This document shows, piece after piece, positions 1-9,990 of a stretch of 64,000 bases of DNA. The first letter of the stretch is position 1, and every line of letters starts with the position of its first letter. A program made the position numbers and the translations under genes. The DNA comes from a virus, in the IMG/VR virus record IMGVR_UViG_3300030108_005139, positions 1-64,000 of that record. The stretch is one strand, 5' to 3'. The notes under the pieces were generated by a model, which ran no database searches, had not been told where the DNA came from, and saw only the letters and a program-made list of their open reading frames with translations.

Positions 1-79
1 TAATCTTCTTGAAGATGGTCCCATAGACCAATATTAATGTGAGACCATAAGATATAAGAATAAAGTATAATAGTTCCAT
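1..79 (-). CDS. small membrane protein, partial (runs off window edge)
   Basis: ATG at 79 after an AGGGAG RBS; reads MELLYFILISYGLTLILVYGTIFKKI, hydrophobic; not in ORF track. Confidence 0.65.
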   Translation of the reverse strand, partial: MELLYFILISYGLTLILVYGTIFKKI

Positions 80-156
80 CACTCCCTAGTAGCCCCACAC
101 ACTAATAATATTATGAGACTATATGATATAATAATGAAGTATGCTAAATGCTCCAT
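79..156 (-). CDS. 25-aa hydrophobic micro-ORF, degenerate duplicate of the next gene's N-terminus
   Basis: MEHLAYFIIISYSLIILLVCGATRE; TAATG and TGATG overlaps with neighbours; AGGGAG RBS. Confidence 0.45.
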   Translation of the reverse strand: MEHLAYFIIISYSLIILLVCGATRE

Positions 157-692
157 TACTCCCTATATGTAAAACTCATTCCATAAGGATTACGAATGTA
201 AATTGACTGCATAGCTCCCTTAACATCACTATGTCTAGACGAATCATAATCTGTCGATTCAGACTCGCTTGGTTCCACCAATCTAGCATTTTGAAGTTTT
301 TCAAATTCCTCAAGGTATTCAAAATATGGCTTTTCTTGCTCAATAAATTTAGCAATCGACATCAAAGAGAATTTGATAACATTTAATTTATCGCTTTCTA
401 AAATTTGAGCCTCCATTGAGCCGTGGAGATTACCACCTTGAACACTTTCGTGAGATACTATTCCTTTTTTAATTAGAAAATTGAATAGTTTATCCTGAGT
501 TTGGTATACTTCGTTAGTAAGGTCTTCCTTTGGAAAAGCTAAGATTTTCTTTTTTTCCACCATCAAAACAATATCAATGTCTGGATGGTCTCTAACAACA
601 ATATCACCACTCAAAGTTTTTCTAGCATTTAAACTAAAAACATATTCATCGGGCTCTTCTTGATCACCAATTATAATTTGGATATCAGCCAT
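156..692 (-). CDS. hypothetical protein, head-gene region
   Basis: 178-aa ORF coupled to neighbours downstream of portal; N-terminal DIQIIIG motif. Confidence 0.75.
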   Translation of the reverse strand: MADIQIIIGDQEEPDEYVFSLNARKTLSGDIVVRDHPDIDIVLMVEKKKILAFPKEDLTNEVYQTQDKLFNFLIKKGIVSHESVQGGNLHGSMEAQILESDKLNVIKFSLMSIAKFIEQEKPYFEYLEEFEKLQNARLVEPSESESTDYDSSRHSDVKGAMQSIYIRNPYGMSFTYRE

Positions 693-1512
693 CTGATTCT
701 ATCTCCTCAACGAGTTTTTGAATCCTTAGAATTCTTTCAAGAACTTCCTCATTAATATTTTCTTTCTTATATCCATCGATTAAAGAAAGCACCTTCTTGG
801 TGGACTCAACCATTGAAAGATCCGCACTGATTTCTTCCATAGTTAGAGATTGTTCTAGTTTCTCCTTGAGTCTTCCTATTTCCTCATTTAGGTATACCTT
901 CAAGCCAACACCGTTGTCAGCAAATGAATAAATGTATTGTGTCAACAAATCTCTCTGCTCTTTTATAAGATCGCTGTAAGTATCATTGAATTTGCTTATA
1001 AAAGTGTTAAAAGTTAATTTATCGATTGGCTTCATTTTTTCTTTTACAACCTCTTCCTTAGAAGTCATATCTTTAATAATTTGCCTTTCCAACATAACCC
1101 TTTTCTTAACAGTCAATTCATCATTAAAAATTTGTGACAATGTTGCTAAATCTTTATAGTTTGGCACAAAGTTGGAAAAGACACTCTTGGTTAATTCTTT
1201 ATTGACCTTAGATATTACCTCGCTCTGCTCATCATATACTTGTTGATTCTTGAAACCTCTTGCATAGACAGTCTTAGCTTCATAAAGAATCCTTTCAGCA
1301 GTATCGTAGTCCAAGCCCCTGCTTTCTAAGACATCTTTATAAAGTTGCAATTCTTTTCCGAGAAGTGAGTCTTTTTTAAAATGTTCTTTTAAAATTGAAA
1401 GGATATGTTTTTTCTTACTGTCATTATCGTTGACAACGTTTTTAGTTAATTCTTTAACCAACGTTTCATATAAAAACGCCGTATTTCTTTTTTTATTATG
1501 CCTCAGTTTCAT
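685..1512 (-). CDS. helical hypothetical protein, probable head assembly role
   Basis: 275 aa, overlaps the portal stop; function inferred from position only. Confidence 0.7.
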   Translation of the reverse strand: MKLRHNKKRNTAFLYETLVKELTKNVVNDNDSKKKHILSILKEHFKKDSLLGKELQLYKDVLESRGLDYDTAERILYEAKTVYARGFKNQQVYDEQSEVISKVNKELTKSVFSNFVPNYKDLATLSQIFNDELTVKKRVMLERQIIKDMTSKEEVVKEKMKPIDKLTFNTFISKFNDTYSDLIKEQRDLLTQYIYSFADNGVGLKVYLNEEIGRLKEKLEQSLTMEEISADLSMVESTKKVLSLIDGYKKENINEEVLERILRIQKLVEEIESDG

Positions 1513-3424
1513 TATTCTTATTCTCCAATTCAGATATTAATCCCCTCACTTCATTGTTTATTTCCAACAATAAATCCTCTTCGTCCTTATAATTAGTTTG
1601 CTTTTCCTCTGTAATTCCATTAGCTAAACTTTTAAGAGGATCATATCCTGGAAAAAGTTTTCTATTCGTAGCAAATTCGGGAGTATGGGTTCTTCTCATA
1701 TTTACTGTTCTTCGACCAGCGCCGTGCTTATTGGACTTAACAGGATAATATATTTTGCCTTTTGCGCCTGGGGTTACATAGCCATCATCTCTTTTACCTG
1801 GTGGTGTTGCCAATAGATCTGGTGTCTCGGCTGGGGCATCGGGAGGTGTCTCAGCTGGGGTATCAGGGGGCGCTCCCTCATCTCCCGGCAAGTCCGTTGG
1901 TATATCCCCGGCTTCGCCACCTGTTAAGCCTGGTGTGTCAAGGCCAAGAGCGTCACCTCCAGCCATTTCTGCTTCAGCGACGGCATCAAGAGCCGTTAGG
2001 AACTTGCGGTCTGAAAAGATCTCTCTTTGGTTGCGTACAAATTCCTCTTCTGATAAATCAAAAATATTCTTTGCAATCCAGCGGCGGCTAAAGTATCCCT
2101 CCGTAGCTGACGCGGCGATATCAAATTTTGTTTTCCAATGCTCCAGTTCTTGAAGTTCTGCTATTTTTGAAGGATTGTTCAACTTAAGCTTGAAAGAAAT
2201 TAAGTCTCTATTTCTATATCCAAGAGAATAAAGATGTACAATTCCAATTTTCTCAAGTTCAGAAATAACAACTCTCTGCAATCTTTGAATTGTTCTCGCG
2301 AAACGAATATCCTTTTGAGCAAGAGTTGTTTTGTCCTCTTCTGCTCCTTCTCCACGAGAGAGATAAGATTGTGGAATCTTGAGAGCAGAAAAAAGCTTGT
2401 CTCTCATATATTTGATATCATCGATATCGCCTGTGTATGATCCACCAGCTAAAGTTTCAATCCGAGATGAGTTACCACCACGAACAGGAATGAAATAATC
2501 CTCCTCAACAGAAAGTGGGTTGTATCTCAAGTCAACACGACCAGTATCTTGATCAACCACTTGGTTCCTCTTCATTTGCGTCATAACTTTCTGCATATAT
2601 TGTTCCACATCTTGCGGCGGAACATTGCCAGTATCAATATAAAACACACGACGCTCAGGAGAACGAACAATACGATAGGCCATAACGGCATCTTCTAAAA
2701 GAGTTAACTGACGCCAAATACGACGGGCAGGCTCTAGGACAGACGTGCCATAAGGAGCGAACTTATCGTTTCCAAGAATTCTAAAGTGTGCAATTTGCCA
2801 GTTTTCAAACGTCATCCCGCCTTGATTCCATTGATACTGAACGTAGTTGGGGTTTGTTTGATCTTCTCCTTCCACTCTCTCTATTTCATTAAAAGGCAAA
2901 CCTATGACATTTTTTACCCCCAACTCCTCATCAATATCAATATACAGAAACATATCTCCATATTTACACATTGTTCGACACCAACCAAAAAGGTTGAAAT
3001 TTATATTCATAATATTGTTGAACAAAGAATGGAGGACAGTTTTTATTTCTTCGTTTGGGCAATCAATAGATATGAGCGGCTGCAAATCAGATGAGGTTGT
3101 CATCTCATCTGCGTAGATATCTAAAGCAGAGGCAATCTCGGGTGTATATTCCATTTGATCAAAATCGGCATATCTTTCAACGCGATTTTGAGAACCAATA
3201 ATATTTGATGATAGGTTTTGAAATGGACTATATGAAGCTTTTTTATACTGCTGACCGCTTAAAGATTTAAAAGTTTTGGCAAATTTATCAAGCTGTGTGC
3301 GGCGATACTTTCGTATTGTTTGTGCTCGATAATCAATAATTGGACCAGAAAAGATTCTAGTCAGCCTTTTAAATAAGTCTGAATTTGGATTCTTAGGGTT
3401 CTTTTTATTTATTTTTGGTGCCAT
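1496..3424 (-). CDS. portal protein (T4 gp20-like)
   Basis: Motifs MEYTPEIASALDIYADE, IAHFR, LEDAVMAYRIVRSPERRVFYIDTGN, EDYFIPVRG; adjacent to terminase. Confidence 0.95.
   Translation of the reverse strand: MAPKINKKNPKNPNSDLFKRLTRIFSGPIIDYRAQTIRKYRRTQLDKFAKTFKSLSGQQYKKASYSPFQNLSSNIIGSQNRVERYADFDQMEYTPEIASALDIYADEMTTSSDLQPLISIDCPNEEIKTVLHSLFNNIMNINFNLFGWCRTMCKYGDMFLYIDIDEELGVKNVIGLPFNEIERVEGEDQTNPNYVQYQWNQGGMTFENWQIAHFRILGNDKFAPYGTSVLEPARRIWRQLTLLEDAVMAYRIVRSPERRVFYIDTGNVPPQDVEQYMQKVMTQMKRNQVVDQDTGRVDLRYNPLSVEEDYFIPVRGGNSSRIETLAGGSYTGDIDDIKYMRDKLFSALKIPQSYLSRGEGAEEDKTTLAQKDIRFARTIQRLQRVVISELEKIGIVHLYSLGYRNRDLISFKLKLNNPSKIAELQELEHWKTKFDIAASATEGYFSRRWIAKNIFDLSEEEFVRNQREIFSDRKFLTALDAVAEAEMAGGDALGLDTPGLTGGEAGDIPTDLPGDEGAPPDTPAETPPDAPAETPDLLATPPGKRDDGYVTPGAKGKIYYPVKSNKHGAGRRTVNMRRTHTPEFATNRKLFPGYDPLKSLANGITEEKQTNYKDEEDLLLEINNEVRGLISELENKNNETEA
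1821..1868. repeat. 2 x 24-bp imperfect tandem repeat in portal C-terminal linker
   Basis: ggtgtctcggctggggcatcggga / ggtgtctcagctggggtatcaggg, encoding PDTPAETP-PDAPAETP. Confidence 0.8.
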
Positions 3425-3429
3425 ATTTT

Positions 3430-5004
3430 TTAACCTTTAAATAGCCAAGCGTGTTCTTGTCTCTGTTTGATTTGTTTTGATTTATTAATCGCCTTATGTC
3501 CCGTCATACCAGGTATCGTAGTATTCATAACTATTGAACTTTTTGCAAAAGAATTCATTAATGCTTTTGTATATTCTATATCTTTTTTGTTTGCTGATAA
3601 TGCAGTATCCCTCACCCAACAAGCAATAGCTAGAGCCATCACTAGATCGTCATTATATCCTCGCATTGCCTCTGGCTTATTATTGTTCCAAACAAACGTC
3701 TTGATTTCATTGAGAAGGCGAGAAGAATATATACTAATTATGTTGTTTCTGATGAATTCCTCTAATTTAGCCAAAATCATTGGCCTTGTTTTACTGGAAG
3801 TTGTGAAACCTGGCACACAATCCGTCCTTCCCTCGGCTACATATTGCTCCACATATTCGTGTGTAGACTTAATAGAATGATACACATTAGCATAACCTAG
3901 TTCTTTTATTTTCTCAATAACCGTATACCCAATGTTATTGTTTTCCACAACAAGCATACAGTCACCGTATTGTTTGCCAATATCCATCAAAAAAGGAGCA
4001 TAGTGGTCAGGAGTCATCTTACCTTGGTACTCAGCAACAATCTCCATTGTGTTGAGGTTTATAACGTGAAAAACAGAATAATCTTTTCCATCCCCTCGGG
4101 CAACGTCAGCAGATATTAAATAAGAACAAGAAGGGTCGTACTGTTGCCACATCCAAAGACCACGATCAAAACCAGTTCTATATTCTGGCTCTTTTATATT
4201 GTTTTCTATCTTAGCGATATCATTAGGATGAATTACTGTCTCACCAGACATATTAAAGTTGCACTCAAACTCTTGTGCAATCTGTCGTCTGGACATATTC
4301 TTTGTTTCTTTCTCAAACCATTCCTGATCTCGGTCAGGGTGTAGATCCCACATCAACCTAACGTGATGAAAATCGTTTGCTTGCAATTCTGCATCAATAT
4401 AAGTTTGATGAAACCAGTTACCAACACCATTGGGTGTTGATACAACAATGCAGCGACCACCAGTTGAAATTGTAGGATAAAGACCAGTCCACAATTCATC
4501 AAGACCCTCAACGTGAGCGGCCTCATCAATAACCAACAACGACAACGCTTCTGAACGACCGGCATCACCAGAAGTCGAAGCGGCTTTAATTTGTGATCCG
4601 TTTGTCAATTCAAATGAACTTCTGTTATCAACAGAGATACTAGCTATTCTAACCCATTCTGGCAAAGTTTTAATGATTGCCTTGACTTTTTTTACTAAAT
4701 TTGATGCTGTCTGAAACTTTGTTGCCATAACAAGAATATTCTTGTCACGATGAAAAAGCATCAACCAAGACACATAGGCAGCAGTAATAGTAGAGATACC
4801 CATTTGCCGAGCCTTCAATACAATGTTGAAGCGGTAATCGTTGAAGTCTTCCAGCAATTCTTGTTGAAATTCGTATGTTTTGAAAGGAACTAGGCCGTGG
4901 ATGGGGTGGGAGATTTTAGCGTAGTTATTAATAAAGTAATAAGGGTCTTTGCCAGATTTAACGATCTCCTTGATCAGTTCCTTTTTGGATAATTGATAGC
5001 TCAT
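3430..5004 (-). CDS. terL: terminase large subunit (T4 gp17-like)
   Basis: Walker A KARQMGIST, Walker B LLVIDEAAH, STPNG, nuclease motifs ADVARGDGKDYS and DDLVMALA. Confidence 0.96.
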   Translation of the reverse strand: MSYQLSKKELIKEIVKSGKDPYYFINNYAKISHPIHGLVPFKTYEFQQELLEDFNDYRFNIVLKARQMGISTITAAYVSWLMLFHRDKNILVMATKFQTASNLVKKVKAIIKTLPEWVRIASISVDNRSSFELTNGSQIKAASTSGDAGRSEALSLLVIDEAAHVEGLDELWTGLYPTISTGGRCIVVSTPNGVGNWFHQTYIDAELQANDFHHVRLMWDLHPDRDQEWFEKETKNMSRRQIAQEFECNFNMSGETVIHPNDIAKIENNIKEPEYRTGFDRGLWMWQQYDPSCSYLISADVARGDGKDYSVFHVINLNTMEIVAEYQGKMTPDHYAPFLMDIGKQYGDCMLVVENNNIGYTVIEKIKELGYANVYHSIKSTHEYVEQYVAEGRTDCVPGFTTSSKTRPMILAKLEEFIRNNIISIYSSRLLNEIKTFVWNNNKPEAMRGYNDDLVMALAIACWVRDTALSANKKDIEYTKALMNSFAKSSIVMNTTIPGMTGHKAINKSKQIKQRQEHAWLFKG

Positions 5005-5017
5005 TCATTTTCCGATT

Positions 5018-5539
5018 TCATCGAGCGACGTCATTCTTACCCAAAGATAGCCAGTTCCTAACAGAGTCGGTGAGGCGCTCCTCGCTGGCCTCTGCAACTG
5101 GCGTTACATCTCCAATGCCGCCAATCTTATAAACCCTGTTTGCTTGAACCCAGGTTCGTACCCTTGAGGTATTTTGAACGATAGCATTAACTTCACCTTG
5201 TGCAGTAAGGGTTAAAGTATCGCCAGTAACCTTCTTGTACTCTTTTTTAATAAAGCTGGAGATTTCATTTATCATCGATTCCAATTCAGATTCAAAATTG
5301 CTATCGTGAACCTCTTTTAATTGAACCTCAGAGTGATAAAGGATGTGTAACTCATCGCCGTGCAGCTTAACTTTGAAACCATCCATAACACGCCTATCGA
5401 GAATTGGATCGCCCTGCTCTCTTTTTAGCCCAAAGCTGTGAGCCTCCCCGTCATCGGTGTAGCTTTCTTTATGCCCACCATCATACGAGTATGCCAGCGC
5501 TTGAGAAATGCCTCTAATAATCTCTAATGTTGTTGCCAT
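5018..5539 (-). CDS. hypothetical protein
   Basis: Start placed at MATTLEII (ATG 5539) after an AGGAGAA RBS. Confidence 0.75.
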   Translation of the reverse strand: MATTLEIIRGISQALAYSYDGGHKESYTDDGEAHSFGLKREQGDPILDRRVMDGFKVKLHGDELHILYHSEVQLKEVHDSNFESELESMINEISSFIKKEYKKVTGDTLTLTAQGEVNAIVQNTSRVRTWVQANRVYKIGGIGDVTPVAEASEERLTDSVRNWLSLGKNDVAR

Positions 5540-5540
5540 T

Positions 5541-5930
5541 TTATTCTCCTTTTGGTCTCCAGCCAGATTTCCAGCGTTCTTCACGCCCATCTACATATTG
5601 ATAATAACATTTAAAACAGCACCCATACTTATTCATATATATGTCGTCCTGTATTTTGAACGAATATGCCTTACAAGTTGGACACGTTCTATTGCTCTTC
5701 TTACTAAGTAGTTTCTTTGGAATGAAAATTCCATCCACTTCTACTTTCTCAGATTTCTCCTCCAATGATTGGAGTCTCTCATAATATCTTTTTTGTTGTT
5801 CAATGTATTCTTTTTCTTTTTCTTCGTCCCAACCTTTCTTTGGGTTCTGGATTGCTTCGTGGCCATATTTCTCCGCGATGGCCTTTTCAAGTTTAACAAT
5901 ATAATGTGGGTCGTCGTATTGTTTCATCAT
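5541..5930 (-). CDS. zinc-finger hypothetical protein
   Basis: CPTC...CCFKC cluster at C-terminus. Confidence 0.7.
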   Translation of the reverse strand: MMKQYDDPHYIVKLEKAIAEKYGHEAIQNPKKGWDEEKEKEYIEQQKRYYERLQSLEEKSEKVEVDGIFIPKKLLSKKSNRTCPTCKAYSFKIQDDIYMNKYGCCFKCYYQYVDGREERWKSGWRPKGE

Positions 5931-5931
5931 T

Positions 5932-6960
5932 TCAAACCTCGGCTTTATTTAAATGATTCCATATCTTTTGATTTATATCCTTACAAATATATTTACCTTT
6001 CAACCCATACTCTTCTTGCTTTTGAATCCAAGCATCTTCTAAGTCTTTCGGGATATACCCACAATGGTCTTCACCAATCTTAACGCTCTTAGTATAATCA
6101 AGTATCTTTAAATAAGCACCAATAACATTTTCATATTCCTCTGGTGAAGCATTAGTTCTTAACCATCTGTGAAGCGCAGGGTAATTGTTGGTTGTCTTTC
6201 TAGTCAACTCAGCACCATATAAACTGCCAAGCAACTTCAAAGTCTCATCTGGCGAACTGGCAACCAACTCTCTAGTTCCTCTTTTTCTAATTCCAGAGAT
6301 GTGCTCGTAAGTATAATCTTTAATTAAGAACATTGCCAACATAAGTTGTGTTCTGTGCAGACCTTTTAGAAATTGATCATCTGCTGATGGGGGATCTGAA
6401 TGATAAGCAAACTCTAGCCAGTCTGCATTGCCAACCATCCAATCAATCTGGATACCAATATCTTGTTGTTCTCCTTCTTCATTGAACTGAGGGAATAACG
6501 AGAACATCGTGCCAGGTCCAATCTTCTTTATATTAGAAATGATCATATCTGACTCGTTGTTGAAATACTTGGCAAGCTCTGTTAAGAAAGCACGCCAGCC
6601 AATCTCAGCGTCAGTTCTGGTTCTCGCTCTTCGCTTGAATAAGTCAAAGGTGCTTTGCCAAGCATCAGGATCAATGTTCCATTCTTTTAATCCTTCGGGA
6701 GTTACCACACCATCTTTAAAAAAACTTGTTGCATCCATTGCCAAATCGATGTCGCCAGATATTGACTTTTTACCGACAGAACCTAAATAACGAAATTCTG
6801 CAAAGACATCTTTTTTAAGAGGGAATAATTTATTTAACTCTTCACGATATTTATCAAGAGTTGGTTTTATATATTCCAGAGGAATGCTGGCAGCCTTTCC
6901 ATCAAAAACATTTCCGCCCTCGTCAAGAAACTTTCGCCAGTTTTCAAATATTAATTTCAT
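5932..6960 (-). CDS. Pol-beta superfamily nucleotidyltransferase with class-A leader
   Basis: LGSVGKKSISGDIDL (GS..DxD) and a third Asp in IQIDWM; begins MKLIFENWRKFLDE. Confidence 0.75.
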   Translation of the reverse strand: MKLIFENWRKFLDEGGNVFDGKAASIPLEYIKPTLDKYREELNKLFPLKKDVFAEFRYLGSVGKKSISGDIDLAMDATSFFKDGVVTPEGLKEWNIDPDAWQSTFDLFKRRARTRTDAEIGWRAFLTELAKYFNNESDMIISNIKKIGPGTMFSLFPQFNEEGEQQDIGIQIDWMVGNADWLEFAYHSDPPSADDQFLKGLHRTQLMLAMFLIKDYTYEHISGIRKRGTRELVASSPDETLKLLGSLYGAELTRKTTNNYPALHRWLRTNASPEEYENVIGAYLKILDYTKSVKIGEDHCGYIPKDLEDAWIQKQEEYGLKGKYICKDINQKIWNHLNKAEV

Positions 6961-7406
6961 TTCTGTCCCCTAAAATAATCCACGAGTTCTTCTCTTGTTG
7001 GAACCTCTGGACTATTCAAAAACTCTTTATATAGCCACCCATCTGGATTTTGTTTTCTATTTTCGCTCATCCACTCATAAGAAACAGAACCAATATCGCT
7101 GGCTCTTTCTTTATTACATATATTACAAGCCCACGCCAAGTTCCAAAGATCTCCCTTCAGCATCCTTCGCGCTTTGCCATTGTTGCCAGCGGCTGATTGT
7201 GGTATGATGTGTTCAACTGAAATTATTCTATTTTCGGTTAGCCCGCACCAACAACAAGGTACCCCTTCGGTGGCCTGTTTCTTTATCCACCTTCCTACTG
7301 GTCTCTTCACATCTACTGGTAAAGCCTTGACCCAATCAACCCAGACCGATGCGATGCTTGTTTCTTCTTTCAAGTACTTTCGCCAGTTTTCAAATAGTAA
7401 TTTCAC
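6957..7406 (-). CDS. HNH endonuclease with class-A leader
   Basis: CCWCG...SVEHIIPQS...NLAWACNICN; begins MKLLFENWRKYLKE. Confidence 0.85.
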   Translation of the reverse strand: MKLLFENWRKYLKEETSIASVWVDWVKALPVDVKRPVGRWIKKQATEGVPCCWCGLTENRIISVEHIIPQSAAGNNGKARRMLKGDLWNLAWACNICNKERASDIGSVSYEWMSENRKQNPDGWLYKEFLNSPEVPTREELVDYFRGQK

Positions 7407-7768
7407 TTCTGCTTCCTATAAACCGGAATCTTTTTTATCCCTAAGCGCTTTGCTGCTTCCAATCTATGGTGTCCATCTAGCACATAAAAAAACGATTCAC
7501 TAGTTCCACTTTTTTCTGTTGGGGTGTAATCCTCTTGCCCTTTTAGTTTGTAGGTCACAACAGGCTTTTGATTACAAACTTCTATAGGGGGAAAATTACC
7601 AGAGTCAATTTGTTTCATTTTTTTTTGAATTACCTCTTCGCACTCTCTTGAGGGACATTCGTGCTCTTTACCGTGACCCAATTCTTCTGTTGGGATTAAT
7701 GTGGCAACATCAACGTAAAAAACCCGCTCATTTAAAAATCTTTTCCAGTTTTCAAATAGTAGTTTCAC
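7403..7768 (-). CDS. ParB/sulfiredoxin-like domain protein with class-A leader
   Basis: PPIEV...YVLDGHHRLEAAKRLGIKKIPV; begins MKLLFENWKRFLNE. Confidence 0.85.
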   Translation of the reverse strand: MKLLFENWKRFLNERVFYVDVATLIPTEELGHGKEHECPSRECEEVIQKKMKQIDSGNFPPIEVCNQKPVVTYKLKGQEDYTPTEKSGTSESFFYVLDGHHRLEAAKRLGIKKIPVYRKQK

Positions 7769-8985
7769 TTCTTGTTGGTCTTTTTAACAGAGTTGATATA
7801 TTTTCTGTAAACGCCAGCAGCGGACTTCTTTCCGGCTGCTTTGGCTCTTTGTTCCATTGCAACGGCTGCTTGAATTTTGTGAGCGTGTGAACGGCCTGAC
7901 CTTTTAATCTTATTAACACTTGCTTCTGCATCCTTTGCGGTTGCAAACTTCAATCCGTGAATTGTCCCTTTTGGATCTTCATCGGTGTAAAGATCACTGT
8001 GTTTTTTAGACTTGGCGGGTTGTCCTTTTTTGCGAGGTATTCTCGGGTTTTTCTTTTCATTGGTTCTCTCACCTTTTTTAGATCTAGTTTTTTGGTTTTT
8101 GCAGAATTGCTTCATTGTAAAACCTTTTGGATTAGCGCATTTGTTTTTTCTTTTAGATCGCTCTTTTTCTGACCACTTTTCTTGAAGTGTGGTGTCACCA
8201 ATCTTTATTGTAATACCGGAGGGTTGCCCACCATTTAGCGACATCATACGATCATAGGCGTTTGTTCTTACGTCTGACAGTCTTCCCAAATACCCATTTC
8301 TTCTCAAGACTTTAAATGCAAGGTTTTCTGGAGAAAACTCACCTCCTTGTTCCAGTCCGCACTTACGAAAGTCTCTGATTCTATCTCGTAACCGAATCGC
8401 CTCTTCGCGGGCTTCTTCGTACCTTCCGGCAGCAAATACGTCCTCGACATCTTCTATCAAGTCCATAAGCGCTTGTGCTTTTTTACCAACTAGAGGCTCA
8501 TCGATTGTAACCTCTCTATAAGTTGGCTTTGTTTGCCACTCATTATACACTAGGGAATATATACCGGTTGACATATGTGGCTCACCAGTGTCTTGAACAT
8601 AAAGCTCCACTTCGTGTGGGCCAATCTTAATATTATGAACCTTATTCCAATTAGCCCGAACACTTCTAAAATAGTCTTTTACTAAGTCCATAGGAGCATT
8701 GATATCATTAAAATTTACAAGAATGTGTAAATCAATGTCAGACTTTTCTGACCAGTTGTAGTTGGCTGCAGAGCCAGTGATAATTATATCAACAATTCCA
8801 GCATCTTTTAAATCTAAACCACTCCAAAAATCATTGACAATATCGTGCAACCTACTTGCTACTTCTGGTCGTAGTTTTTCACCATCCCAAACTTTTGGAT
8901 TAAGTTCTTTCTTTAATTCAAAGGTTGAGAAATCAAAGTCTAATTCTTCTAGGTATTGTCGCCAATTTTCAAAAAATAATTTCAT
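7765..8985 (-). CDS. nucleotidyltransferase with basic C-terminal modules and class-A leader
   Basis: ITGSAANYNWSEKSDIDLHILV and VELYVQ; basic tail modules follow LQE and TNE; begins MKLFFENWRQYLEE. Confidence 0.8.
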   Translation of the reverse strand: MKLFFENWRQYLEELDFDFSTFELKKELNPKVWDGEKLRPEVASRLHDIVNDFWSGLDLKDAGIVDIIITGSAANYNWSEKSDIDLHILVNFNDINAPMDLVKDYFRSVRANWNKVHNIKIGPHEVELYVQDTGEPHMSTGIYSLVYNEWQTKPTYREVTIDEPLVGKKAQALMDLIEDVEDVFAAGRYEEAREEAIRLRDRIRDFRKCGLEQGGEFSPENLAFKVLRRNGYLGRLSDVRTNAYDRMMSLNGGQPSGITIKIGDTTLQEKWSEKERSKRKNKCANPKGFTMKQFCKNQKTRSKKGERTNEKKNPRIPRKKGQPAKSKKHSDLYTDEDPKGTIHGLKFATAKDAEASVNKIKRSGRSHAHKIQAAVAMEQRAKAAGKKSAAGVYRKYINSVKKTNKK

Positions 8986-9938
8986 TTCTTTAGTTCTTTT
9001 ATATTTGCCTGCAAACTGGTAATGTTTGCATCGGCTGCGTTGGCAGCATCTTTATCCATATTCTCCAAATAAAATCTATTAATATTATTGGACAATTGTT
9101 CAATTTGATCGTAGATGTCAAATAAAACTGTACCCAATCGTTCAAAGTAGTTATTTGTTATCTCTCTAAGTTGTGTTTTTGATCCAAAGCCTAGTGTGCC
9201 AATTAAGTGACCACCGTTCACAACGCAGGACATCTTAAGACCATCGCCGGTACCACAATCGGTTGCCTTTTGTTTACCTACATCACCAGCATCAAAATCA
9301 CCTGCCACCCCAAGCTCTGCACTGCCAACAGTAAACTTATAAAAATCAATTGATAAAACCTCTTGTTCTTTGTGTGATTTGTTTTTAATCGCAACCACGT
9401 ATGTCACTGGCTGCCCTTGTTCTCTGATTGATTCTATAAGTTTATCATAAGAGCCTCCCACATATTTTTCTCTTCCACCAAAGAGAAATTTAAGACTCCA
9501 TTTTTCTGCTTGCCCTGCGGCTTGAACTTCCACGTCAGCAATTTCACCCTCAACAGCGGGGATCATTTTTCCACCCAACATTGCAGAAAGTAGTGATTCA
9601 AATAGAAAACCACCAGTTTGTGGGTTGAAATCACTAATGACAGAGGCTAAGACCTCTAGAAACATTAAATTAGATAGAATCTCTGATACGTCTTTTTGTT
9701 GCTGACATTGTTCTTCGCAGTCAACAACAAAACTGTTTAATGAGTTAAGTTTTGCTACAAAGTCGTTTCCTGGAATTCTTGCTATAAAGTTTTCAACTAA
9801 CCTACGGTCTTCGCTATCGGGCTCACCCCACTGATCTGATATTCTATATCTGGGTAATTTAAGAGAATATTCTTTTGTTTTCTCGGTAGTTTCTGCCTCA
9901 ACGATAAACTTTCGCCAGTTTTCAAATAATGGTTTCAT
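8982..9938 (-). CDS. possible PD-(D/E)xK nuclease-like protein with class-A leader
   Basis: GFLFESLL...IADV...WSLKF pattern; begins MKPLFENWRKFIVE. Confidence 0.5.
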   Translation of the reverse strand: MKPLFENWRKFIVEAETTEKTKEYSLKLPRYRISDQWGEPDSEDRRLVENFIARIPGNDFVAKLNSLNSFVVDCEEQCQQQKDVSEILSNLMFLEVLASVISDFNPQTGGFLFESLLSAMLGGKMIPAVEGEIADVEVQAAGQAEKWSLKFLFGGREKYVGGSYDKLIESIREQGQPVTYVVAIKNKSHKEQEVLSIDFYKFTVGSAELGVAGDFDAGDVGKQKATDCGTGDGLKMSCVVNGGHLIGTLGFGSKTQLREITNNYFERLGTVLFDIYDQIEQLSNNINRFYLENMDKDAANAADANITSLQANIKELKK

Positions 9939-9959
9939 TTAATTACATTACTCCCTTTG

Positions 9960-9969
9960 TATAAATAGT
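9960..9969 (-). promoter_or_regulatory. candidate late promoter ACTATTTATA
   Basis: Intergenic, ~22 nt upstream of ATG 9938; motif recurs before other virion genes. Confidence 0.6.
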
Positions 9970-9990
9970 CGCATTTTTTAGTTGTAGAAA

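Noticed and set aside
5018-5930. Calling either gene upstream of terL the small terminase
   Set aside because: Position is suggestive, but there is no recognisable sequence motif.
6957-7406. HNH gene as a homing endonuclease or mobile element
   Set aside because: It interrupts no gene, has no evident DNA-binding extension, and carries the shared leader like its neighbours.
9960-9967. Plus-strand TATAAATA as a canonical T4 late promoter
   Set aside because: It would fire antisense to every gene; the position fits the reverse-complement reading. Antisense activity is not strictly excluded.
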